Made by a program: the position numbers and the translations under genes
Origin: Nemertoderma westbladi
Taxonomy: Eukaryota > Animalia > Xenacoelomorpha
Length of the DNA stretch: 58,082 nt
Reading direction: 5' to 3'
Assembly: GCA_032718475.1 (NCBI GenBank)
Contig: JAUCBJ010000425.1
Location: 1 to 58,082 of the forward strand
Shown here: positions 40,201 to 50,549 of the stretch, piece after piece
Position numbering within the stretch: position 1 is the stretch's first letter
Layout of the letters: each line of letters begins with the position of its first letter
Notes under the pieces: model-generated
The model's database searches: none
Told to the model about the DNA's origin: nothing
The model's input: only the letters and a program-made list of their open reading frames with translations

Positions 40201-41491
40201 CAGGAAGGATGGATGACCACTCCCAGGAAGGATGACCACTCCCAGGATGGATGACCACTCCCAGGAATGATGGATGACCACTCCCAGGAATGATGGATGA
40301 CCACTCACAGGAAGGATGGATGACCACTCCCAGGAAGGATGACCACTCCCAGGCATGATGGATGACCACTCCCATGAAGGATGACCACTCCCAGGAATGA
40401 TGGATGACCACTCCCAGGAAGGATGACCACTCCCAGGAAGGATGACCACTCCCAGGAAGGGTGACCACTCTCAGGAATGATGGATGACCACTCCCAGGAA
40501 GGATGATTACATCCAGGAAGGATGACCTCTCCCAGGAAGGATGAACACTCCCAGGAATGATGGATGACCATTCCCAGGAAGGATGACCACTCCCAGGAAG
40601 GATGACCACTCCCAGGAAGGATGACTACTCCCAGGAAGGATATCACTCCCAGGAAGGATGTCCACTCCCAGGAATGATGGATGACCAAGGAATAATGGAT
40701 GACCACTCCCAGGAATGATGGATGACCACTCCCAAGAAGGATGTATGACCACTCCCAGAAATGATGACTACTCCCAGGAATGATGGATGACCACTCCCAG
40801 GAAGGATGACCACTCCCAGGAATGATGGATGACCACTCCCAGGAAGGATGACCACTCCCAGGAATGATGGATGACCACTCCCAGGAATGATGGATGACCA
40901 CTCCCAGGAATGATGGATGACCACTCCCAGGAATGATCGATGACCACTCCCAGGAAGGATGGATGACCACTCCCAGGAAGGATGACCACTCACAGGAATG
41001 ATGGATGACTACTCCCAGGAAGGATGACTACTGCCAGGAATGATGGATGACCACTCCCAGGAATGATGACCACTCCCGAGAAGAATGGATAACCACTCCC
41101 AGAAAGGATGACCACTCCCAGGAAGGATGACCACTCACAGGAATGATGGATGACCACTCCCAGGAAGGATGACTACTCCCAGGAATGATGGATGACCACT
41201 CCCAGGAATGATGACCACTCCCGAGAAGAATGGATGACCACTCCCAGGAAGGATGACCACTCCCAGGAATGATGGATGACCACTCCCAGGAAGAATGGAT
41301 GACCACTCCCAGGAAGGATGGATGACCACTCCCAGGAAGGATGACCACTCTCGGGAATGATGGATGACCACTCCCAGGAATGATGGATGAGCACTCCCAG
41401 GAAGGGTGACCACTCCTAGGAAGGATGACCATTCCCAGGAAGGATGGATGGCCACTCCCAGGAATGATGACCTCTCCCAGGAATCATGGAT
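10225..41491. repeat. Giant minisatellite/satellite: core GACCACTCCCAGGAA + (KGAT)1-2, units of 23 and 19 bp, roughly 1350-1400 units, with kb-scale higher-order duplications
   Basis: Directly visible. The 23-aa periodicity of the minus-strand ORFs equals 3 x 23 nt. Interrupted once, at 30930-32063. Confidence 0.99.
30930..32063 (-). mobile_element. Young 5'-truncated RTE-clade LINE with (TAG)n tail and 8-bp TSD
   Basis: Uninterrupted RT C-terminal frame (GVLQGDTLAPFLF, LDFADD, YLGS, RLRFAGHC) to the stop at 30979. Short 3' UTR and (TAG)6 tail. CCAGGAAT duplicated at 30922-30929 and 32064-32071. Confidence 0.95.
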
Positions 41492-41624
41492 GCCTTGTCC
41501 TATGACATCCCGCTATTATAGCAGGTGCGGTCAGCCATTGATATTCCGAAATCGTCTGTTAAAAGACACTACTGATCATGAGAATACAGATGAATTGGTG
41601 CGGTACATAGGACTATTTGGCTGA
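41492..41624 (+). mobile_element. Old RTE LINE fragment, right half
   Basis: RCGQPLIFRNRLLKDTTDHENTDELVRYIG aligns by eye with KHGGQPMTFLRRILKDTGLEDADDLANVMG of the RTE at 30979. Confidence 0.7.
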
Positions 41625-41764
41625 TGCGAACTGTTGCGCTGCGCGGGGGCCGGCGGTCCATTCTAGTGGTGCATAGAATATAATGCATTGCTGTAGTTAG
41701 TTACCAGTACATCTCTAATTACAGAACAAATCTTATATATAAATGTACATTTCTTTTATTGCAG

Positions 41765-41899
41765 AAACTGTTAATTCCAGATAATAATCACCCGTTATTA
41801 CTGCAACTGCCGTGGTCCCAAGGGAAATTAGTTATAAGAAAAAACAACAAAGATGTACAAATAGAACCTAGTGGGAATCCTATTGAAAGTCGTTGTTAA
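41765..41899 (+). CDS. ANKFN1: ANKFN1-like terminal coding exon (phase 0)
   Basis: Acceptor tttcttttattgcAG|. KLLIPDNNHPLLLQLPWSQGKLVIRKNNKDVQIEPSGNPIESRC* resembles the end of the wake/ANKFN1 RA domain, ERCLRDDFxPLxLQNPWxKGRLYVRK. Confidence 0.85.
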   Translation, partial: KLLIPDNNHPLLLQLPWSQGKLVIRKNNKDVQIEPSGNPIESRC

Positions 41900-41905
41900 A
41901 ATAAA
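41900..41905 (+). terminator. Candidate polyadenylation signal AATAAA
   Basis: Lies directly after the TAA stop of the terminal exon. Confidence 0.4.
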
Positions 41906-42014
41906 CCTACGTGACGTCACCTACAAACATTTCATCAGAAGTTGCTATGCATCGAGAGATTGTTACTTTTCCATTACCGGAGTGGCGCTATGAGATAATA
42001 TTTTGTTGTTATTC

Positions 42015-44062
42015 TTCTACCTCGGTATAAATTCGTACCTCGTTCTACCTCGGTATTGTACGAACCTCATACGGTACCTCGTTCTATCTCGGTACCATAC
42101 GAACCTCGTTCTACCTCGGTACCGTCCGAACCTCGTACCGTACCTCGGTATCGTACGAACGTCGTACGGTACCTCGTTCTACCTCGGTACCGTACGAACG
42201 TCGTATGGTACCTCGTTCTACCTCGGTATCGTACGAATCTCGTACGGTACCTCGTTCTACCTCGTTATCGTACGAACGTCGTACGGTACCTCGTTCTAAC
42301 TCGGTATCGTACGGTACCTCATTCTACCTCAGTATCGTACGAACCTCGTATGGTACCTCGTTCTACCTCGTTATCGTACGAACGTTGTACGGTACCTCGT
42401 TCTAAATCGGTATCGTACGAACATCGTACGGTACCTCATTCTACCTCGGTATCGTACGAACCTCGTATGGTACCTCGTTCTACTTCGTTATCGTACGAAC
42501 GTCGTACGGTACCTCGTTCTAACTCGGTATCGTACGAACATCGTACGGTACCTCATTCTACCTCGGTATCGTACGAACGTCGTACGGTACCTCGTTCTAC
42601 CTCGGTATCGTACGAATCTCGTACGGTACCTCGTTCTACCTCGTTATCGTACGAACGTCGTACGGTACCTCGTTCTAACTCGGTATCGTACGAACATCGT
42701 ATGGTACCTCGTTCTACCTCGTTATCGTACGAACGTCGTACGATACCTCGTTCTAACTCGGTATCGTACGAACATCGTACGGTACCTCATTCTACCTCGG
42801 TACTGTACAAACCTCGTACGGTACCTCGCTCTACCTTGGTACCGTACGAACCTCATACGGTACCTCGTTCTATCTCGGTACCATACGAACCTCGTTCTAC
42901 CTCGGTACCGTCCGAACCTCGTACCGTACCTCGGTATCGTACGAACGTCGTACGGTACCTCGTTCTACCTCGGTACCGTACGAACGTCGTACGGTACCTC
43001 GTTCTACCTCGGTATCGTACGAATCTCGTACGGTACCTCGTTCTACCTCGTTATCGTACGAACGTCGTACGGTACCTCGTTCTAACTCGGTATCGTACGG
43101 TACCTCATTCTACCTCAGTATCGTACGAACCTCGTATGGTACCTCGTTCTACCTCGTTATCGTACGAACGTTGTACGGTACCTCGTTCTAAATCGGTATC
43201 GTACGAACATCGTACGGTACCTCATTCTACCTCGGTATCGTACGAACCTCGTATGGTACCTCGTTCTACTTCGTTATCGTACGAACGTCGTACGGTACCT
43301 CGTTCTAACTCGGTATCGTACGAACATCGTACGGTACCTCATTCTACCTCGGTATCGTACGAACGTCGTACGGTACCTCGTTCTACCTCGGTATCGTACG
43401 AATCTCGTACGGTACCTCGTTCTACCTCGTTATCGTACGAACGTCGTACGGTACCTCGTTCTAACTCGGTATCGTACGAACATCGTACGGTACCTCGTTC
43501 TACCTCGTTATCGTACGAACGTCGTACGATACCTCGTTCTAACTCGGTATCGTACGAACATCGTACGGTACCTCATTCTACCTCGGTACTGTACAAACCT
43601 CGTACGGTACCTCGCTCTACCTTGGTACCGTACGAATCTCGTACGGTACCTCATTCTACCTTGGTACCATACGAACCTCGTACAGTACCTCATTCTACCT
43701 CGGTATCGTACTAACCTTGTACAGTACCTCGTTCTACCTTGGTATTGTACGAACCTTGTACAGTACCTCGTTCTACCTCTGTATCGTACGAACCTCATAC
43801 GGTACCTCGTTCTACCTCGGTATCGTACGAACCTCGTACGGTACCTCGTTCTATCTCGGTATCGTACAAACCTTGTACAGTACCTTGTTCTACCTCGGTA
43901 TCGTAGGAACCTCGTATGGTACCTCGTTCTATCTCGGTACCATATGAACCTCGTACGGTACCTCATTCTACCTCGGTACCATATGAACGTCATACAGTAC
44001 CTCGTTCTACCTCGGTACAGTACGAACCTCGTACGGTACCTCGTTCTACCTCGGTATAAATT
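42015..44062. repeat. 39-bp CpG-rich minisatellite (CGTACGGTACCTCGTTCTACCTCGGTATCGTACGAACCT) with a 786-bp higher-order duplication
   Basis: 13-aa periodicity of ORF 42056-43714. The variant block cgaacctcatacggtacctcgttctatctcggtaccatac occurs at 42061 and 42847. Confidence 0.97.
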
Positions 44063-44423
44063 AGTTGTTTCTGCTGTGAGATGTAACTTTTATTCGCTGC
44101 AATATTTATAGCCACCTTCTTAAAAGTCCCGTTTTAGAGGAAATAGGCCCCTACGTCAGATTCTGAGACGGTTTTAGCCACTGGCTTTCGGACGAAAAAA
44201 TAGGCCGATGAAAGTCTAAAAAAACAATAGAAAAAACTGCACTTGTTATTTTTAATATTTGTTGCAAAATTATCAAAAACCTAAAACCAGACTGTATTTT
44301 ATTCTAGAATGATTTTTATACTTGAAACTAACAGAATATTATAATTTTTGGTTAAATTTTTGGATGACTTTCGCTGTCATATTGAATTCGATCTTAAATC
44401 TCCACCACTAATGCACCTTAAAT

Positions 44424-44789
44424 CAAGGACTTCTAGAACATAGTATATATTCTATGTCTATATTCTATATAGCAACACAATCCTATTAAAAATATTGCAA
44501 GTATCCAGGAAATTTAATTAATTTATCGATATGTTATGCTGAATACAGAATAGATAGATAGAATTTTCCCCTGGCGAGGTATAATTTTGATTGCAACAAT
44601 AATATTTATCTAAGTTAATTAAGTTTAGATCAATTAAAAACACATTTCTTAATTAAAGCAAATCACAATTGAGTAAACAAGCAAATCGGAAGTACGTAAA
44701 TACGACAGTAAGCAAATCGCTTACTTTCGTGGCTCGCCCCACAAAGGACAACTTCCTCAAAAATATATACTATGTTCTAGAAGTCCTTG
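44424..44789. mobile_element. MITE / non-autonomous DNA transposon, P-superfamily-like
   Basis: Perfect 28-bp TIRs CAAGGACTTCTAGAACATAGTATATATT (44424-44451 and 44762-44789). 7-bp TSD CTTAAAT (44417-44423 and 44790-44796). 366 bp, no ORF. Confidence 0.9.
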
Positions 44790-44997
44790 CTTAAATACTC
44801 AATGTTTAAAACTCTCCTCTCCGTATTAAATTTCTGGTTTACAACTATTTTCTGCCGTATATTATATTGCCTTGATGTTGTGTACCTATTCTGTAATTTT
44901 TTTTACATCTTAATAAATAATAATATAACAAAAAGTGATTATTGGCTGTAAACGACGAAATACAGCAGGTCAATTCATTTTAGTTTTCACACATCAG

Positions 44998-45105
44998 CTC
45001 AGCCCCCATCCTTTTCATTGTTGTGGTGGATTATGAGCTGCGGATATCTCTCGATATTCATAAAGCTGATGAGGTAGAAATATCTCCACCTTCCGGTAGC
45101 CATAG
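44998..45105 (+). mobile_element. Diverged RTE RT fragment
   Basis: APILFIVVVDYELRISLDIHKADEVEISPPSGSHR versus APFLFIIVVDYVLRMSLDHHNDDGVMITPPTGSRS. Confidence 0.8.
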
Positions 45106-45492
45106 ACTACTAGGACTACTACTAGGATCGGCATGCTGCATTGCAGCTGCATTTTTAAGAATGCTGTGCCGGCTTATCGACAAAATTGCACCGCCACAAC
45201 TCCCTATCACCCATGACATTTGCTAGATCATCCGCATCTTCAAGGCCAGTGTCCTTTAAGATGCGTCTCAAGAAAGTCATGGGCTGTCCACCATGCTTAT
45301 TCACTCCGTGAGGCTGCCAAAGTACAAGATTATGCACTGGCTGGTCCTCACGGCGAAAGCAATGTCCTGCAAAGCGGAGGCGATTTTGTTCTAGTGTCAA
45401 GCTTGGGGGAACCAATGAGACACCTCCAATGTTATATAGTGTCTGGTTGGAGATGTGTGCATTGTACTTGACACAATGAACCCGGCGTAGCA
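45106..45492 (-). mobile_element. Short 3' end of the same young RTE family as 30930-32063
   Basis: About 380 bp nearly identical to 30940-31316 (about 5 substitutions by eye), with a TAG-repeat tail. Confidence 0.95.
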
Positions 45493-45511
45493 AGTGGTAG
45501 CGTAGTTAGTG

Positions 45512-48500
45512 GCAAGTGGTGACAGGGTAGATGCTTGAGGAACACCACAAGTTATAGGTTCTAGGGGGGATGAGCAGTCGCCAATAACAACTGATTGTGT
45601 TCGGTTAGACAAAAAACTTTCTATTAGTTGATTAGGAAGGCCTCCGATACCGTAGGCATCGAGTTTGTCTAATAGGATTTTGTGGTTGAGAGTATCAAAG
45701 GCCTTCCTAAGGTCTATAAATATTGCACATGTAGAATGTTTATCATCTATAGCTTTGCGGATGTGTTCTAGCACAGAAAGTAAAGCGTGGGAAGTTGAAG
45801 TTTTAGGTCTAAAACCATATCGACATGTCGTAAGGATAGAAAATTTATTAATATAAGACTGGAGTGTTGAGAGGCAATTATTTGTTCGAATATCTTAGTT
45901 AATACAGGTAAGTGTACAGGTTAAGTGTAACAGGTAATACTGGACTTCTACCGACCGGGGAAGTTTCGGAGAGGGAAAATGAATTAGATCTGCTATTTTT
46001 AATGTGCCTAAGTGGTGAGCGTATAGAGCGAGGGATTTCATTGGCCAGCGTAGGACCAATAGAAGAAAAGTGTTTATTCAAGATGGTTGCAATAGGCGTT
46101 GGATCTGTAACTGTTTCTGTAGCACTGCCTGAACGAATATGCTAATTTAGTAGATTTATTGAGTGCGCTATTTATAATTATCCAAGTTTTACGCGGGTTA
46201 TTACTGTTTTGTTTGAATTGCGTTGAGTAATAAGTTTTCTCAGCTGAACGTAAAGTTGAGGTCAATTGATTCCTATAAATGTTGTACTTTCTATGGTTGG
46301 ACTCCGATGGTGACTTAATAAAAGCCTTATACAATTTATTTTTTTTAATTGTGCAATTTATTAAATTATTGGTCATCCAAGGTTTACGCGGCACTTTCTG
46401 GGTGGGGATTGTTTTTTTTTGTAATATGTTTAGTACATATATCCGATAGGTTGCTATAGAAACACTCAAATTTTTCTTTCGGTGGTATATTTGGTGATGA
46501 GTACGACCACGAAGCTGGTGATTTCATATCTCTCAAAAATTTGGGAGAGTTAAATTTTGAAAAGTCAAAGACAGTGCGGTTTTTTTGGGGATTAAAGTGA
46601 ACTGAATATTATTGAAAAATACAAAAGGTCGGAAAGTGATCTGTAGTGCCTATTTTTAATTGAAAAACACCTGACGAGGAAAATGAAGTAGTAATGTTAG
46701 TAATAATATGATCGATAAGACTTTCAGAATAAGGAGTTACACGTGGGGGTTGATTAATAAGCTGAACGAAACCATATGAATTAATTTAATCTATATATTG
46801 TTTGGGCTTGAGTTCCATCGCTTTTAGTAGATCTATGTTAAAATCACCTGTAATTATTACATCGTATTTGTGGTCAGTTAGATTCTTTAATGTAGTTTCT
46901 AGACTAGGGAGAAAAGTATCAAGATGGACTGGATCGGGGCGGTATATAGAGCCTATTATAAGTGGTTTTGAGTTTAGGCGGGAGACTTGGATCCATTAAT
47001 TTTCAAGGCCCGGCATTTTTAGGTCAACCCGCTCTGTCGTGTCAAGTGATATATTTACATAAATCGCGGCGCCACCTCTGTGGAGTTTACCAGTAGTCCT
47101 GTTGTCTAGAAAGGGGTCAGCATAGCCGTATTTGTCCAGTTTTATAGGGTCAATACAGTCGTCGTCACTTGCAAAGGTTTCAGTGAATGTCAGAATGTCA
47201 ACTTAAGATTTAATGGTCAATAAAAAATCAGTTATAGCGGATAAATTGGATGATAGACTCCTACAGTTCAAGTTAAAAATGGATAGCGATGGTGATTTTT
47301 TTAGGTTAGAGAATTCACTATTAAATTTACCTTCTGAATAATAACCTTTGTCAGTATTTAAATTAATTAAATTACTATCGGGGTCTAAGCTACTAAATGT
47401 TTGGTTTAAGATACCCGATGTGGATAGGTCATCCTCCGGGGTTGGAGTAGACCCATCCCCATGGGTTGGTTCAAACACATCAGAATCATTTACGTCGATA
47501 AAAGAGAATGGAAAAGTGTCACAATGACAATTGTAGCATATTAAAGGCCATTGTGTGGTAGTAACTTCTTGAGCAGAGAGACATGTGCCGCATGGTATAT
47601 GGAAAATATTATTACACTGACTACACAAAAATTTTGGATCGGTAAGTTCGAGCTTTGAGAAACAAAAATGACATGATCTGCAAGCAGGAGTAGGAAGGGA
47701 TGGTAAGATGGGGCGAGAATGGTTAGAGATGGAGGTGTGAGGATTTAGAAATGAGACAGACATGAGATGATTAAAAGAAAGAGAAGTCTACTTTACTAAA
47801 ACCGTTTCTTTTAATTGTGACCCCGACACCACTGACTGAATGACTAGCCCTGTACTGAAAATATAAACATGTAGAACATACAGTGCACTTATAAACAATG
47901 ATAAGGTAATGTTCATCCTAGTAAACCTATAATATATTCAGATAATTACCCGATTAGTTACTGATCGACCCATTATCTTCGGTAGCGGTTTGTGAATTAG
48001 TTTCCCCTTAGAATTAGAATTAGAATTGGGCGACTTTTATTTGCAGCTTTTTGCGGACCAATACGATGGATCACATCGACTTCGTTTTGCGAATTCGGGG
48101 ACTCACTTGTACCAATACCCAACCCCGTTAATAGAGGTTGAATAACATCCTTTAGATTTTCGCCTTTTACTTAGTCAACGCCGTGTACTAGAATATGATG
48201 CTTGCGGATGTATTGCTCCAGATTTTGGTTAGCTGTTCGGATCTCAATATTCTCTTTCTTTAGGAATGAGTTTTCTTATTTAACAGCATTGATTGCAAAC
48301 AAAAGATCAGGAAGATTATCTAGAGCATTTACCTTATCGTCTATACGTTTAACGTCTTTGGTTAAAGAGCGGATTAGGGCTTCTAGGCGGTCAAATTTAT
48401 CGGTTTCATGATTTGGTTTAGGCATTTTATTTCTAGGGGCGCTGTTTGCTGATGAACGCAGATAAGGCCTACATGGGCTGGAACGGACTAGTTTGCCAGC

Positions 48501-48730
48501 TCTAAACGAAAGTGGCGTTTCGTTTATCTGTATAATACCTGAATACAGTTATAGGCTTAATATTTTTTGTGTTTTGAGCCACCGAGTGAAGTTAGTAAGC
48601 GATAAGCGTATGAAGAATATCAGCAATAAGTTAATTAAGTTCATAGAGCAGTTCGCTGTTTCTGGTACCGGTTCAATACTGGTAGTAAAAGTGCAATGTG
48701 TAGATAGCAGTACAGGGCTATCAGAGGTGT
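45512..48730 (-). mobile_element. Decayed CR1/L2-group (Crack/Daphne-like) LINE: ORF1, PHD-like finger, AP endonuclease and N-terminal half of RT; 3'-truncated
   Basis: ORF1 remnant NLEQYIRKHHILVHG near 48180-48230. Cys/His cluster and SIFNLNCRSL (47203-47763), KPWMT, FSSIGPTLA, IFIDLRKAFDTLNHKILLDKL and GVPQASTLSPL. Many frameshifts. 5' boundary approximate. Confidence 0.85.
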
Positions 48731-48770
48731 AGGCTACCATACCAACTCATTTCAGTACTGGTAGTTCTTA

Positions 48771-49201
48771 TCATCCTCTTGTTGTTCGGTACATGTCTAC
48801 TATGATGGGATAGATGAGCTTTAAACACTCAGGTATTTTAAAGACCTCAGGGGGAACACCATCTACTCCACTGGCACGATTGGTCTTAATGCTTTTTGCA
48901 GCAGCCTTCACTTCTGCAAAGGAGATATCACCAATGAGAATATCTGGGAGTACAGACGCAGACATCTTTACTTCTATAAAGTTATCAGGCAATACCCTGT
49001 CATTATTGAGGAGCTTTTCAAAGTGGGCCTTCCAACCATTGAGGCGATCGGCTGGTGATTTAGCCTTAACCTTGGTGGTTGGTTGGCTTTTTCGACCAGT
49101 AAGCAAGTTGATCGATCTCCATGCCTGGGATGATTGCCTGCTGTCGTCAGCATCATTGATGGCATCAACCTGTTGGTTTATTAGCTCCTGTAAATTAACA
49201 G
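48771..49201 (-). mobile_element. RTE fragment (EN-RT linker)
   Basis: AWRSINLLTGRK...WKAHFEKLL...RASGVDGVPPEVFK, homologous to the ORF at 50664. Part is near-identical, inverted, to 54040-54202. Confidence 0.85.
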
Positions 49202-49206
49202 AGTAC

Positions 49207-49773
49207 TGTGACGGGATCAAGGGACCCCGACCGGGTTTAGTTGACTACACGTCACCATTTGGGATAAAATAATAGCAGTTTGTTGTTATTGCTCTGATAT
49301 TCGTAATAGATAATAGCACAGTTGAATTGACAATATAATAGCAGTGTACTGGTAGTGATAATGCAATATGTAGTGATGGTGACAGTGACGGTGAAAAACA
49401 TCACCGGTCTGCACTGAACTGAATGACTGAGTAAACTGATTAACTTACCGGTAATAGGATAATATATGTATTCATTCCTACATTACTTTGGCCTTTGTCC
49501 AGTGGATACTTTTCCCTGTTCCTTATTGGTTGATAACCTACTTCACGCCTCTCACCTCTGTGGGAATGCTTCCCCCCGCTGTTGGTTATCTGCTCTCTCG
49601 AGGTGGTTTGACCTCTAACCTCCTTTTGTGTGGCTTTTGGGGCTTGTGTTATCCCCGTTATTGGGTGTGATACGAGATTGGTTGTCATCAATCTCGTATG
49701 TCCAATATTGCTGAAAAGGGCGCCATTGCTCTAACTTTGTGAGGGTAATGAGGCGGAATTGAATCCGCTCACA
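49207..49773. mobile_element. Solo LTR (567 bp)
   Basis: TGTGA...TCACA termini flanked by a 5-bp TSD AGTAC (49202-49206 and 49774-49778). Non-coding. Confidence 0.8.
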
Positions 49774-49789
49774 AGTACTGCCTGTCTGT

Positions 49790-50310
49790 CTGTCCCCAGC
49801 AGAACATTTAACATATCTTGACTTTGCTGATGATGTTGGTCTTCTGTTAGAGACATTGTAGGAAGCACAGAAGCTGTTATCAAGCATTAAAGGAGGCTGC
49901 ACCCAGTATTGGCCTCTTTGTGGAACTGGAAATACCAAAATTCTGACAGTAAACATGAACCCCCTGAAAACGTAAACGATACTTTAAAGGTACGCCTTTT
50001 CCGTGCAGCAGTGATGTGCTACCCTGTGGCAGCACATGCTGTGCTTTAACTACTGAAGCCAATAGATCTCAATATGGTACATATACCGTGATGCTGCACA
50101 AGGTGCACAACATTGTCAATGATACACACATCAGAAATGCATTGTTATGCATCTATGGCAACATTTCATTGCCAAGACCAAGCATCACCTTACAGAGACG
50201 CCACCTGAAGCTTACTGGCCACTGTTTCCGCCAGCAGGATCAACCTGAACCTCGTGCTGTGGAACCCTGCTGGTGAGAATAGGCGTAGTGGATAGCCAAT
50301 GATGCAGGGG
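49790..50310 (+). mobile_element. Degenerate RTE RT/C-terminal fragment
   Basis: PAEHLTYLDFADDVGLL, TKILTVN and PSITLQRRHLKLTGHCFRQQDQP, with stops and deletions. Confidence 0.8.
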
Positions 50311-50549
50311 TTCTGTTTTACCGGTGCAGTTTGCAGATAGTCAGTAGAATGAAAGTAAGTGGTGGCTGACCTGTACCGGGACCTACCTCACATACTGGGT
50401 CTGGGTCCTAGATGGACTATCTGCCGACCCGCCGAAAAAACAATTCGCATCCGCCTTAAAAAGTCAAACGCCTTATAGTGTTATATATTTTGTACATCCT
50501 TGTCAACCTACGTGGCCATTCAATGTCACCATACAAGTAACCTTATCTT

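Noticed and set aside
10156-41455. Many minus-strand ORFs of SWEWSSIIPGSGHPSFLGVVIHH repeats
   Set aside because: The satellite consensus lacks stops on the minus strand in all frames and has TGA on the plus strand. The ORFs overlap in all three frames and shift with unit length.
42056-43714. 552-aa repetitive protein (RTVPRSTSVSYE)n
   Set aside because: The 39-bp unit is a multiple of three and stop-free. There is no ATG start, splice context or non-repetitive domain.
10225-44062. CRISPR-like arrays
   Set aside because: Units are contiguous with no unique spacers, there are no cas genes, and the context is eukaryotic.
44119-44420. TTAA-flanked DNA transposon (Kolobok/piggyBac-like)
   Set aside because: TTAA occurs at both ends but the adjacent termini are not convincingly inverted.
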